A stretch of 64,000 nucleotides of DNA, taken from contig CAZFTR010000002.1 in assembly GCA_964522405.1 (NCBI GenBank), positions 72,032 to 136,031 of the forward strand, written 5' to 3'. The notes under the pieces were generated by a model that was given only the letters and a program-made list of their open reading frames with translations, ran no database searches and had not been told where the DNA came from. Positions 9,914-19,970 of this stretch are shown piece by piece. How positions within the stretch are numbered: position 1 is the stretch's first letter; each line of letters starts with the position of its first letter. Both the position numbers and the translations under genes were made by a program. The stretch comes from an uncultured Gammaproteobacteria bacterium (GTDB lineage: Bacteria > Patescibacteriota > Patescibacteriia > Magasanikbacterales > UBA922).

Positions 9914-11302
9914 ATGAATATACTATATATTGGAGCTGGATTTGTCGGTGCTTGTTCAGCAGCTGTTAGTGGAAATAGCGGACATAACACCTTAGTTTTT
10001 GATATAAATGAAGAGAGAATCAAGATGTTAAACTCTGGAGATAGAGATACTATTGAAGCTTGTCTTTTTGAAAAGGGATTAGGAGATCTACTAGTTCGAC
10101 ATAGCGGACTTATTAATTTTACTACAGATTACTCAAAAGTTGAGTCATTTCTTGAGAAGGCTGATGCGGTTTTTATGTGTTTACCAACCCCGGAAATTGA
10201 TGGGACTGGAGAGAGTGATCTCAAATATTATAATATTGCAGCAGAAAAATTGGCAGAAGCAATGAAAAAGAGAAACAACGGCACCCAAGATAAATATATA
10301 GTAATTGTTAACAAGAGTACAGTTCCGATAAATATGATGGATCAAACTAAGAATATTTTTGATGCGGCTGGAGTGAAGAATTATGGAGTTGTTTCAAATC
10401 CTGAGTTTTTGGTCGAGGGAAAAGCTGTACAAGGTGCCATGAAGCCGGATCGAGTTGTGGTAGGAGCAAATGAAGAAAAAGAATTCGAAGTAATGAGAAA
10501 TATCTACCAGAGATTTTATGAAGCTCCTGATGTTTCATTTTTGGAAGTTAATCCCAAAGAAGCTGCCGCAGGAAAACTTTTATCAAATTTTTATCTTTTT
10601 CATAAACTAATGGCATGTTTTGATGTTATAGGTAGAACTTGTGAAACTTTTGAAGATTTGCGTTTTGAAAAAGTTAGAAAAATAATTATGAGCGATAAGA
10701 GAATTGGTGGTTGGGGATTTTATAATAGTTTATATGCTGGTGGAAGTTGTCTTATCAAGGATGCTCGATCACTTTCTCATCAATTGCAATTGCATGGTAA
10801 GAGCGCAGCTCTGGTGGACGAAGTGTATTTTGCCAACAAAAGACAGCTTGAGATGTTTTTGGGAAGAGCTAAGAGCGAAGCAGATTTTGATTGGCAAGGA
10901 AAGAAAGTTGCTTTGATTGGTGGAGCTTTTAAGCGCGATACCAATGATATTAGAAACGCGCCATCAATAGATATCATTAATTTTCTAAAAGAACAGCAAG
11001 TTTCAAAAATTAGTATAAATGATCCTGCTGCCATGGATAACCTCAAAAAAGTTCATCCTGAATCAGAAACTATTGAGTATGTTTCTCATGAATTTGACAC
11101 AACAAAGGATGCAGATGTTATAATACTGGCAACTGATTGGCCGCAATTTAGAGGTTTGGCTGATTCAATAGTAGAAGAGCTTACCAAAAGACCTCTGATT
11201 ATGGATGGAAGAAGAATGCTCCAGCACAGATATGCAGATTTACAGCGTGCTGGATTTGATATAATTTCAGTCGGAAGTCCTTTTATAAAAGGAAAAAAAT
11301 AA
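9914..11302 (+). CDS. UDP-glucose 6-dehydrogenase family protein
   Basis: MNILYIGAGFVG NAD fold, GGSCLIKD catalytic Cys region and a UDPG_MGDP_dh C-terminal domain. Confidence 0.8.
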   Translation: MNILYIGAGFVGACSAAVSGNSGHNTLVFDINEERIKMLNSGDRDTIEACLFEKGLGDLLVRHSGLINFTTDYSKVESFLEKADAVFMCLPTPEIDGTGESDLKYYNIAAEKLAEAMKKRNNGTQDKYIVIVNKSTVPINMMDQTKNIFDAAGVKNYGVVSNPEFLVEGKAVQGAMKPDRVVVGANEEKEFEVMRNIYQRFYEAPDVSFLEVNPKEAAAGKLLSNFYLFHKLMACFDVIGRTCETFEDLRFEKVRKIIMSDKRIGGWGFYNSLYAGGSCLIKDARSLSHQLQLHGKSAALVDEVYFANKRQLEMFLGRAKSEADFDWQGKKVALIGGAFKRDTNDIRNAPSIDIINFLKEQQVSKISINDPAAMDNLKKVHPESETIEYVSHEFDTTKDADVIILATDWPQFRGLADSIVEELTKRPLIMDGRRMLQHRYADLQRAGFDIISVGSPFIKGKK

Positions 11303-11309
11303 TTTTTCT

Positions 11310-12212
11310 ATGAATTATCTAGTTACAGGCGGAGCAGGATTTATTGGTACAAATCTTGTTAAGAAATTACTAGCAGAAGGACACACTGTTCGAGTTTTGG
11401 ATAATTATTCTGCAGGAAAAAAGCCTGAGCGTATACAAGAGGGGGCTGAATATATTGAGGGAGATATTAGAAGTTTAGAAGATTTGGAAAAAGCCATGCA
11501 AGGTATTGATGGTGTTTTTCACATGGCTGCTTTACCTAGGGTTACTTATTCAGTTGAGCATCCTGAACTTACCCATGAAGTAAATGTAAATGGAACTTTG
11601 AATGTTTTGATAGCTGCGCGTGACAATGGCGTAAAAAGAGTTGTATTTTCTTCTTCATCTTCTACTTATGGAGACCAGAAGAAATTTCCTTTGGTCGAAG
11701 ATGGAACAGTCAAGATGCCTATAGCGCCTTATGCACTTCATAAATTTATTGGTGAGCATTATTGTCGGATATTTGCCAGTCTCTATGGATTGGAAACAGT
11801 TAGCCTGATTTATTTCAATGTTTATGGGCCTTATTCAGATCCAAATGGAGCTTATGCCTTGGTAATAGGTAAATTTCTCAAACAGGTAAAGGGTGGAGAA
11901 CCAATGACAGTTTGTGGTGATGGAGAATATTTTAGAGATTATACTTATGTAGATGATGTTGTGCGCGGAAATATGCTGGCTATGACCAGTGAAAAGGTTG
12001 GAAAAGGGGAGACGGTCAATATGGGAAATGGAAATCCAAGATCAGTAAATGATATTGTCCAGATAATTGGTGGAGAATCAGTAAATATAGATCCAAGACC
12101 TGGAGATGGTAGATATTTTGCAGCAGACACCACCAAAGCAAAAGAACTCCTTGGTTGGGAGCCGACTATAACTTTGGAAGAGGGAATTGCTAAACTAAAG
12201 AAATTGGAATAA
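11310..12212 (+). CDS. NAD-dependent epimerase/dehydratase
   Basis: YLVTGGAGFIGTNLVKKLL Rossmann motif. It is the last plus-strand gene of the first sub-operon. Confidence 0.8.
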   Translation: MNYLVTGGAGFIGTNLVKKLLAEGHTVRVLDNYSAGKKPERIQEGAEYIEGDIRSLEDLEKAMQGIDGVFHMAALPRVTYSVEHPELTHEVNVNGTLNVLIAARDNGVKRVVFSSSSSTYGDQKKFPLVEDGTVKMPIAPYALHKFIGEHYCRIFASLYGLETVSLIYFNVYGPYSDPNGAYALVIGKFLKQVKGGEPMTVCGDGEYFRDYTYVDDVVRGNMLAMTSEKVGKGETVNMGNGNPRSVNDIVQIIGGESVNIDPRPGDGRYFAADTTKAKELLGWEPTITLEEGIAKLKKLE

Positions 12213-12400
12213 AGTGACGTATTCAGATTAGTTGATGATAAGAACCTTTGACCAGTTTATGAGACTGGCTTAGGGTATCCGGACTTACGGATATTCCTGA
12301 TAATCCGGATAGTGTGTGGAATATTTTATCCGTATAATCAGTATCATCCGTAAATCCGGATACCTCAACCCGGTATAATAAACACATCAGCTTATCTATA

Positions 12401-13795
12401 TTACTGGCCCATCATCCGCAGTACTACATTTACAGTTCGTAGAACAATAGACAGATCCAGAAGAAAGGATCTGTTTTTTATATAATAGAGATCATATTGC
12501 AGTTTATCCTGAGAAGTTTTCATGGTGTCTGTATAGTTTTGGTGTATAGCAGCCCATCCGGTAATTCCAGGTTTAACAATATGTCTTAGAGCGTAATAAG
12601 GCATTTTTTCTGTTAATTCTTCTACAATTTGCGGTCTCTCTGGTCTTGGCCCTATTAAGCTCAGATCTCCTTTGATAAGGTTGATAACCTGAGGAAGTTC
12701 ATCAAGTCTGGTTTTTCTAAGTATCTTTCCAATTTTAGTAATTCTTTTATCATCTTTTTGTGCAAATTCAGGCTTGCCTTCTTTTTCCGCACTACCATCA
12801 GGAGCAAGGGCATACATGGTTCTGAATTTATATATCCAGAAGATTTTTCCAAATTCACCAACACGTTCTTGTTTGAAAAAAATCTGCCCCTTTGAGCTTA
12901 GCTTAATTGATAAAGCTATAAAAGGAAAAATGCTAATTAGAAAAATTAGTAAAACAATCGCAGCCAAATAATCTAACAAGCGTCTGAATTTATTATAAAT
13001 AGCCTGTTCTTTTTTTCGGAGATTATTGAGAAACCAAGTTTCTGAAAAAATAGAAGGCGGAATTCTGCCAGTTACAATTTCATAAAATTCACTAAAATCA
13101 ATATTTTGAACCGGCCAAAATAGAAGCTCATAAAGTTCTGTTAACACACCTTCTTGAGTTTTTATTCCCGGAGCTGTCACTATTATATCAGCTTTGTGGG
13201 TGCTTATTGCCGGACGTAGAGCTTTTAAACTGCGATAGATCGATACACTTCCTGGAAAATCTGAATTTTTAATTTTACCACTGGGATCACAGATAGCAGT
13301 AATTTTATAGCCTTTTTCTGGATGTCTTTCTATTATTTGAAACAAATGCTTTATTTCTTCTTCATATCCTACAATTACTACTTTTTTTAGTAATTTTTTG
13401 CTGCCGATCAATCGATCATAGACTGCTCGCCATAGAGAGCTAAAAGAATAACCAATTAGTATATTAAGTAAGAGAATGGTTTTTGGAGTAATATCTCCCT
13501 TTGGTAATAGATATAAAAGTAATATACTCAAAATCAATGACATTATTCCAGCTTCAAGTACTCTTTTGTATGATTTTGCTGTATAGGTTGATTTAAGATC
13601 GTATAAACCATTGATGAAATTGATCAAAATCCAAAATAAAAAAAGCACAACAAAAAGACCGCTATGTTTTTGCAAGGTTTCAATATTTGGTAATTGGCCA
13701 TGTCTGATTATTAGACTTAGCCAAAAAGCCAAAATATAGAAGAGTAGGTCTCCACCTGCTAAGATTATCTGTTTAATTCTATAAACGAATTTCAT
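12401..13795 (-). CDS. polyprenyl-phosphate sugar phosphotransferase (WbaP/CpsE-type priming transferase)
   Basis: N-terminal TM helices and C-terminal bacterial sugar-transferase domain (DELPQVINLIKGDLSLIGPRP). It is convergent with the cluster. Confidence 0.8.
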   Translation of the reverse strand: MKFVYRIKQIILAGGDLLFYILAFWLSLIIRHGQLPNIETLQKHSGLFVVLFLFWILINFINGLYDLKSTYTAKSYKRVLEAGIMSLILSILLLYLLPKGDITPKTILLLNILIGYSFSSLWRAVYDRLIGSKKLLKKVVIVGYEEEIKHLFQIIERHPEKGYKITAICDPSGKIKNSDFPGSVSIYRSLKALRPAISTHKADIIVTAPGIKTQEGVLTELYELLFWPVQNIDFSEFYEIVTGRIPPSIFSETWFLNNLRKKEQAIYNKFRRLLDYLAAIVLLIFLISIFPFIALSIKLSSKGQIFFKQERVGEFGKIFWIYKFRTMYALAPDGSAEKEGKPEFAQKDDKRITKIGKILRKTRLDELPQVINLIKGDLSLIGPRPERPQIVEELTEKMPYYALRHIVKPGITGWAAIHQNYTDTMKTSQDKLQYDLYYIKNRSFLLDLSIVLRTVNVVLRMMGQ

Positions 13796-13918
13796 AATTG
13801 TCCACAGTCTCTTTTTCTGATATAATAAAAGCCATAATTTACCTTAATTTATAGCATATTTGCCTGTCAAAAACAAGAGCAAGTCTGATTTTTGTGCTAA
13901 ATTAAGCCATTTTATCTT

Positions 13919-16024
13919 ATGCGGATAACCCAGAATTTTAAATTAGTTTTAGTATTGATCGTTTTTTCTGCTTTTGCTGGTATTTCTCCAGTTTTAGCTA
14001 AAAAAAGTAATGATCCATTTGTAGAGCAGTGGTCTTACGAGAGAATCGGATTATATAATGCTTGGGATTATGCTACTGGTTCACATGACGTTATAGTGGC
14101 GGTTTTGGATAATGGTTTTGATTCATTTCATCCAGATTTGCGTAACAATGTTTGGAAAAATGAAGATGAAATTCCAAGTAATGGAGTTGATGATGATAAA
14201 AATGGTTATATAGACGATGTCTGGGGTTGGAATTTCCATGAAGCAGATTTCAATAAAAATGGTGTACTTGAGGACAGTGAAACTAGGGGTAATAATAATC
14301 CTCGCCCAGATGTTTCAGATTTGACTGAAAAAGAAAAAGAAGATGGTGTATTTAATCATGGGACACTTGTTGCCGGAATAATAGGCGCTCAAGGAAATAA
14401 TGGTAGAGACGGCGCAGGCGTGAATTGGAATGTGAGATTGATGAATTTAAAAGTTTTAGGAAATAAAGGAATTGGAAGTTTGAGACCCATGTCTGAAGCA
14501 GTATACTATGCAGTTGATAATGGAGCTGATGTTATAAACATTAGTATGGTTGGTACTGAAAATGGAGATAGATTGATGGAAGCTCTAACTTATGCTTTTG
14601 AAAATGGTGTGGTAGTTGTGGCTGCTGCAGGAAATGATCTGGTAGTCCTCAATGACAATCCTCTTTATCCGATTTGTAGTGATGCAGAAATTGATGAAGA
14701 GAGAGTGTTGGGGGTAAGTGCCATAGACGAGGAGAGAAGAATTGCTCGATTTTCAAATACCGGATCAGATTGTGTTGATATTGCAGCTCCTGGTGTTGAC
14801 ATTGCTTCAACAGTTAGATTTTCTCCGACAAATGGCTTGTCTGATACTTACCTTTCTGGATATAAAGGAACTTCATTTGCAGCTCCATTTATAAGCGGTG
14901 CCGCTGCACTTATTAAGAGTGTTAGACCTGATTGGGGTGCAGTAGAAATCTTTGATGCCATACTTAAGACTGTGATGCATACTCCTGGACAAGATGAGGT
15001 TGTATATGCAAATTTATTTGGTGCAGGCCTGATTCAGATCGACAAAGCGTTGGCATATGCAATTGCACAAAAAACAGAACAAAAAATAACAGAAGTTGAA
15101 AAAAAGACAGATCAAGTAGAGTCAAAACAAGAAATGCCAGCTTCTAAGCTTGTTGCGTCTGAAAAAAAAGTTTTGTTTTACAAAAAAAGCAGTGGGGAAG
15201 TTAGTGTTTTAAATTTAAGTACCAGAGAGTCAGAAAGATATTTTAGAGGTGGTTTCAAGAGTATTGATGATTTGGCTGTTTACCAAGAAGGTGGAAAAAT
15301 GCGCTATGTTATTGCCAGAAAAAAAACAGATAAATTACGAGAAATAAAAGTATACAATGAAAGATGGATAAGTCTAGCCAGTTGGACAGTTCCGGCCAGT
15401 GGTGAGTTAAATTTGGCTATTGGTAATTTTTCTGATCAGCCTGGAATGGAAATAGTGTTGGCACCAAACTACTCTGATGATCAGATTTTTAGAATTTTTA
15501 GTTTCAAAGGAGAGTTTATAGCTGAATATAGTTTAAGTGGTATTCATGGTGGTGTGGACATAGCCATCAATACTTCTAAAGTTGGTTTTGATCAGATTTT
15601 GACTCTGTACAAGTTTAATTCTACGGTTTTTGTAGAGAGATTTGATAGTTTTGGAGATTCTTTTGGGCGAAATTCTGTAAATTCATTAGTTGAAGGAGGT
15701 TCAATAAGTGTGGGAGATTTAGATGGAGATTCAGAAAATGAAATTGCTCTAGTGTCAGGATCTGGAAAGAACAGCAGTATTTTTTACTATGAATTAGATG
15801 GGGGTTTGTTGAGAAATTTTTATGGCTATGATTATAGTTTTACAGGCGGTATAAATGTAAATGTGTTTAACTATAATTCTGATTTAAAAGATGAAGCGAT
15901 TATAACTTCCATGGATGGTACTCGTCCGGTATCAGTTTGGTCAAATCACAGTAGACGTTTGGCTAAGTTTTATCCTTTTGGAGAGGATAACCAAGAAGAA
16001 TTCGAAGTCGTGCCACTTTGGTAA
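13919..16024 (+). CDS. secreted S8 family serine peptidase (subtilisin-like) with C-terminal repeat/beta-propeller-like region
   Basis: Signal peptide, D-H-S triad context (VAVLDNGFD, HGTLVAG, GTSFAAPFISGAAAL) and a thermitase-like Ca-binding DDDKNGYIDD loop. Confidence 0.8.
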   Translation: MRITQNFKLVLVLIVFSAFAGISPVLAKKSNDPFVEQWSYERIGLYNAWDYATGSHDVIVAVLDNGFDSFHPDLRNNVWKNEDEIPSNGVDDDKNGYIDDVWGWNFHEADFNKNGVLEDSETRGNNNPRPDVSDLTEKEKEDGVFNHGTLVAGIIGAQGNNGRDGAGVNWNVRLMNLKVLGNKGIGSLRPMSEAVYYAVDNGADVINISMVGTENGDRLMEALTYAFENGVVVVAAAGNDLVVLNDNPLYPICSDAEIDEERVLGVSAIDEERRIARFSNTGSDCVDIAAPGVDIASTVRFSPTNGLSDTYLSGYKGTSFAAPFISGAAALIKSVRPDWGAVEIFDAILKTVMHTPGQDEVVYANLFGAGLIQIDKALAYAIAQKTEQKITEVEKKTDQVESKQEMPASKLVASEKKVLFYKKSSGEVSVLNLSTRESERYFRGGFKSIDDLAVYQEGGKMRYVIARKKTDKLREIKVYNERWISLASWTVPASGELNLAIGNFSDQPGMEIVLAPNYSDDQIFRIFSFKGEFIAEYSLSGIHGGVDIAINTSKVGFDQILTLYKFNSTVFVERFDSFGDSFGRNSVNSLVEGGSISVGDLDGDSENEIALVSGSGKNSSIFYYELDGGLLRNFYGYDYSFTGGINVNVFNYNSDLKDEAIITSMDGTRPVSVWSNHSRRLAKFYPFGEDNQEEFEVVPLW

Positions 16025-16056
16025 AAACAGTAAACAGTAGTGACTGGTAAAATTTG

Positions 16057-16106
16057 TCATCTCGAGCGGAATTTTCTGAAAGAAAAATGGAGTCGAGAGA
16101 TCCCTT
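16057..16106. repeat. partial (left-arm only) copy of the inverted-repeat element found at 59989-60143
   Basis: About 45 of 50 nt identical to the left arm of the 59989 element (gtcatc[t/c]cgagcgga[a/g]ttttctgaaagaaaaatg...gatccct). No matching right arm lies downstream. Confidence 0.5.
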
Positions 16107-16233
16107 GTTTTCAGTAAGTCGTCTAATAGGAATAATAAGTTCAATCACTGGTCATTATTATTTATTATTTACTGCTTGCTGTTTTCAATGTATAATATCA
16201 GCATCAAAGAAAATTATCATATAAAAAAATCAT

Positions 16234-17262
16234 ATGATTAACCAAACACCAATTTTTGAAAAAAAGAACGTGGTTATAACCGGTGGCGCCGGATTTGTTG
16301 GTTCACATCTTTGTGAAAGACTCTTAAAAGACGCAAAAGTTATTTGTATTGATGATCTTTCAAATTCTCATATTCAAAATATTGAACATCTCTTACAGTA
16401 TCCTGATTTTGAGTTTCTTAAATATGATATTAATAACCCCATTGATTTAGATGATTTTCCAGAATTAGATAAGTTCAAAGTTAAATTTCAAGGAATTCAA
16501 GAAATTTACCATCTTGCTTGTCCTACCAGTCCTAAACAATTTGAATCATTGAAAATACATTCATTGTGGGCAAATTCCCGAGCAATGCTTTCTACTCTGG
16601 ATTTATCATTGAAATATAAGGCCAAATATCTTTTTACCTCCAGTTCAGTAGTTTATGGAGAAGCTACAGATGATGATTATATATTTTCAGAAAATGAAGA
16701 AGGAATTGTAAATCATCTTTCCCCAAGAGGTTGTTATGATGAGGGGAAGAGATTTGCAGAAACCTGTGTGGAAACCTATAGACAGGTCTATGGGTTGGAT
16801 GTTAAAATTGCCAGGCTATTTACAACCTATGGTCCGAGAATGAAATTGCGTGATGGGCTCTTGATCCCGGATTTTATTTTAAATGCTCTTGAGCAAAATC
16901 CTCTTACAGTTTATGGTGATGAAACTTTGGAGCAGTCACTGTGCTACATAACAGATGCTATAGATGGGCTGGTAAGACTTATGGATTCAGATCCTGAAGT
17001 CTCAATAGTTAATCTTGGAAGTGAAACACCAATGCGAATGGTTGATGTGGCTAATAAAATTATCCAGATGACTCATTCATCTTCAAGAGTAGCATTTGAA
17101 GATCCTTTAGTTTTTTTAACCAAAAAAGGAATTCCAGATTTACGTTTGGCCAAGGAAAAATTAGGTTGGATTCCACTTGTTGGACTTGATGAGGGTCTAC
17201 AGCGAACAATTGATTATACACTTGCCAACAAAGAAGCTATGGGACTAAATCACTTATATTAA
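16234..17262 (+). CDS. UDP-glucuronate decarboxylase-like SDR (NAD-dependent epimerase/dehydratase)
   Basis: VVITGGAGFVGSHLCERLL motif and UXS-like length and organisation. Confidence 0.75.
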   Translation: MINQTPIFEKKNVVITGGAGFVGSHLCERLLKDAKVICIDDLSNSHIQNIEHLLQYPDFEFLKYDINNPIDLDDFPELDKFKVKFQGIQEIYHLACPTSPKQFESLKIHSLWANSRAMLSTLDLSLKYKAKYLFTSSSVVYGEATDDDYIFSENEEGIVNHLSPRGCYDEGKRFAETCVETYRQVYGLDVKIARLFTTYGPRMKLRDGLLIPDFILNALEQNPLTVYGDETLEQSLCYITDAIDGLVRLMDSDPEVSIVNLGSETPMRMVDVANKIIQMTHSSSRVAFEDPLVFLTKKGIPDLRLAKEKLGWIPLVGLDEGLQRTIDYTLANKEAMGLNHLY

Positions 17263-17265
17263 AAT

Positions 17266-17925
17266 ATGATGTTAGCTGTTGTGCCTGCTTTCAATGAACA
17301 AAGAAAAATTCAAAAAGTTGTTTCTGATCTCATCCCTTTTGTGGATGAGGTTCTTGTTATAGACGATGGTTCAGTGGATATGACTGCGCAAAAAGCAAAG
17401 GGCGCCGGAGCAAGTGTTTTAATACATAAAATAAACCGAGGGCAGGGAGCTGCACTGCAAACCGGACATCAATATGCTCTTGCAAAGAATTTTGACCATG
17501 TTTTGCATTTTGATGGAGATGGACAATTTGACACAGGGCAAATTAAGCCTGCGCTCGAATTTCTAAAAAAGAAAAAAGTAGATATTTTGCTGGGTTCAAG
17601 GTTTTTGGATAAAAAATCTAATATTCCTTTTTTGAAAAAAAATCTGCTACTTCCAATAGGGAGAGTAATAGATAGATTGTCAGGCGCAGTTAGGCTAACA
17701 GATGCTCATAATGGATTTAGAATTTTAACCAAAAAAGCCCTGCAAAAGATCGTAATAACTCAGGACCGCATGGCACATGCAACTCAGATTCCAGTATTGA
17801 TCAAAAAAAATGATTTGGATTATGTTGAATATCCTGTTACAGTAGAGTATAGTGAATATGGACAAGGCCTGAAGGGGGGATTAGCAATTTTAAAGGATCT
17901 ATTTTTTGATAATTTTGTGAGGTAA
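17266..17925 (+). CDS. glycosyltransferase family 2 (polyprenyl-phosphate sugar synthase-like)
   Basis: AVVPAFNEQRKI...VIDDGS GT-A motif. The short 219 aa length is typical of DPM-synthase-like enzymes. Confidence 0.75.
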   Translation: MMLAVVPAFNEQRKIQKVVSDLIPFVDEVLVIDDGSVDMTAQKAKGAGASVLIHKINRGQGAALQTGHQYALAKNFDHVLHFDGDGQFDTGQIKPALEFLKKKKVDILLGSRFLDKKSNIPFLKKNLLLPIGRVIDRLSGAVRLTDAHNGFRILTKKALQKIVITQDRMAHATQIPVLIKKNDLDYVEYPVTVEYSEYGQGLKGGLAILKDLFFDNFVR

Positions 17926-17939
17926 ATTATTTTATTGTT

Positions 17940-18263
17940 ATGATAATAATATTCCAAATTTTGTTTGTACTGTTTGCCTTATTTGCAATAGGAGTAGTAC
18001 TAAAAAGAAAAAAAGATGGACTGCTCGGACCAAAAGGAGTTATATTTTGGATAGTTTTTTGGTTAATTGCAATATTAGTAGTGTTTTGGCCAAATAGCAC
18101 TTCAATATTGGCAAAGTATCTAGGAATTGGAAGAGGGAGTGATTTGGTCATATATGTTTCATTAGCTTTAATGTTTTTTATCTTGTTTAGGCTTCACGTA
18201 AAAATAGAATCAATAGGAAGAGATATTACCAAAGTGGTTAGAAAAGAAAGTTTAGAGAAATAA
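17940..18263 (+). CDS. small membrane protein, DUF2304-like
   Basis: 107 aa with two to three TM helices, placed immediately after the DPM-synthase-like GT2 gene. Family assignment comes from memory of the architecture, not an alignment. Confidence 0.45.
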   Translation: MIIIFQILFVLFALFAIGVVLKRKKDGLLGPKGVIFWIVFWLIAILVVFWPNSTSILAKYLGIGRGSDLVIYVSLALMFFILFRLHVKIESIGRDITKVVRKESLEK

Positions 18264-18299
18264 AACCAAGATATAGTCTATCGAATAACAACTAAAATT

Positions 18300-19487
18300 A
18301 TGAAAATAGCCCAAATAGTCTGCAGTTATCCACCATATTACGGAGGAATGGGCAATGTTGTTTTCCAAACAGCAGCAGGATTGGCAAATTTAGGGCATCA
18401 AGTTCAGGTTTTAACCCCGCAATTTCTTGAAAAAAAAGAAATAAAACCAGTCACCGAGCCAGTAGAAAAAAAACATACAAAAGAGCTGCAAAGCCAAATA
18501 GATTATGCTAAAAGATTGAAGCCTAGTATACGATATGGAAATGCAGCACGTCTTCCTCAAATTCAGAGTGAGTTAGATGAGTTTGATCTGGTTCATTTAC
18601 ATTATCCTTTTTTTGGTACAGCAAATCTGGTTAGGCGTTGGAAATTAAGAAATCCTGATAAGCCGCTGGTGATAACCTATCATATGGATAGTAGAAGTGG
18701 TGGTTGGAAAGGTTTGATTTTTTCATATTATGCAAAATATTGGATGCCAAAAATTCTTGGTACGGCAGATAAATTAATAGCAAGCTCATTTGATTATATT
18801 GAGTCAAGTGATGCCAGAGAAATATTTGCAAAAAAACCAGAGAAATGGCTTGAATTGCCCTTTGGTGTAGATGCGGAAAGGTTTTCACCTCGAGCAAAGC
18901 CTGAATATTTATTTCAACAGTACGGTTTGGATATGGGGCAGCCCACAGTTTTATTTGTGGGCGGGATGGATACTGCTCATTATTTTAAAGGTGTAAAATA
19001 TTTTTTAGAAGCGATTCTTTTTTTGCAAAAGAAGAATATTAATTTACAAGCAGTATTAGTTGGTGATGGTGATTTGAAAGTCGGTTTTGAACAGTTGGCA
19101 CGTTCGTTTGATTTGAAAAACACTGTTTTTGCAGGGTCAGTTTCTGATAGTGATTTGCCAGCCTACTATAATATGGCTGATTTACTTGTTTTACCCTCAA
19201 TAAACAAGTCAGAAGCATTTGGGATGGTTCTGCTTGAGGCTATGGCCAGTGGAGTTCCGGTTATTGCCAGTAATTTGCCTGGAGTTAGGTCTGTTGCTGC
19301 TGATGGTGGTGTGTTGGTTGAGCCAGGAAATTATCAGGATATTGCTGACGCAATCCAAGGTTTTTTTATGAGTGATGGTAATAGAGAAGAATGGAGACAG
19401 GATGTTCGAAGTATTGTGGAGCAAAAATATTCTTTGGAACAAGTTACCAATAGTCTCGATTGGATTTATAGATCACTTGTTAGTTGA
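18300..19487 (+). CDS. glycosyltransferase family 1 (GT4)
   Basis: EAFGMVLLEAMASGVPVIASNLPG, the GT-B E-X7-E region. Confidence 0.8.
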   Translation: MKIAQIVCSYPPYYGGMGNVVFQTAAGLANLGHQVQVLTPQFLEKKEIKPVTEPVEKKHTKELQSQIDYAKRLKPSIRYGNAARLPQIQSELDEFDLVHLHYPFFGTANLVRRWKLRNPDKPLVITYHMDSRSGGWKGLIFSYYAKYWMPKILGTADKLIASSFDYIESSDAREIFAKKPEKWLELPFGVDAERFSPRAKPEYLFQQYGLDMGQPTVLFVGGMDTAHYFKGVKYFLEAILFLQKKNINLQAVLVGDGDLKVGFEQLARSFDLKNTVFAGSVSDSDLPAYYNMADLLVLPSINKSEAFGMVLLEAMASGVPVIASNLPGVRSVAADGGVLVEPGNYQDIADAIQGFFMSDGNREEWRQDVRSIVEQKYSLEQVTNSLDWIYRSLVS

Positions 19488-19533
19488 TTTTTGTTTTGTT
19501 ATACTAGAGTCATAAAAAATTAATAAAAATCAT

Positions 19534-19860
19534 ATGGGTAGATTTAAAAAAGGATTATTCCTTGGAAGTTTGTTAGGTGCTGGAGTTGTCTGGCTAAACA
19601 CTACAAAAAAGGGAAGAGAAACAAAAGATAAGATATTGGATCACGCTGCAGTAGTATATTCAAAAGCATTACAGCAAGCCAGAGATTCAGGAGCTCTTGA
19701 TAAATTGACTAAACAAAAATATGTCAAAATAGTCAGAGAAATTGTGGATAAATATGCTATTCAAAATGATCTTGCTGCCAATGTTAAGAGTATGGTAGTA
19801 AAAGTTGTTGGCAGTCAGTGGTCAAATGTACAAAAAGAAATCAAGAAAAGAAAGAAATAG
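19534..19860 (+). CDS. YtxH-like small membrane-anchored protein
   Basis: N-terminal KGLFLGSLLGAGVVW...GRETKDKI resembles the YtxH GxxxG + SGKETR motif, followed by a coiled helical tail. Confidence 0.5.
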   Translation: MGRFKKGLFLGSLLGAGVVWLNTTKKGRETKDKILDHAAVVYSKALQQARDSGALDKLTKQKYVKIVREIVDKYAIQNDLAANVKSMVVKVVGSQWSNVQKEIKKRKK

Positions 19861-19926
19861 GTATTAGTCTGTAGTTATCAGTCGATAGAAAGAGTATTAT
19901 TTAGACCTTGAATTAATAATTAGCAA

Positions 19927-19953
19927 TAAAAAAGCACCGCAATTGTGGTGTTT
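19927..19953 (+). terminator. intrinsic terminator
   Basis: gcaccgcaattgtggtg hairpin followed by ttttt. Confidence 0.6.
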
Positions 19954-19970
19954 TTGATTATATTATGTTT

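Noticed and set aside
12451-12480. Hairpin acagatcc...ggatctgtttttt resembling a terminator
   Set aside because: It lies inside the 3' coding region of the minus-strand sugar-transferase gene (stop at 12401-12403) and not in an intergenic region.
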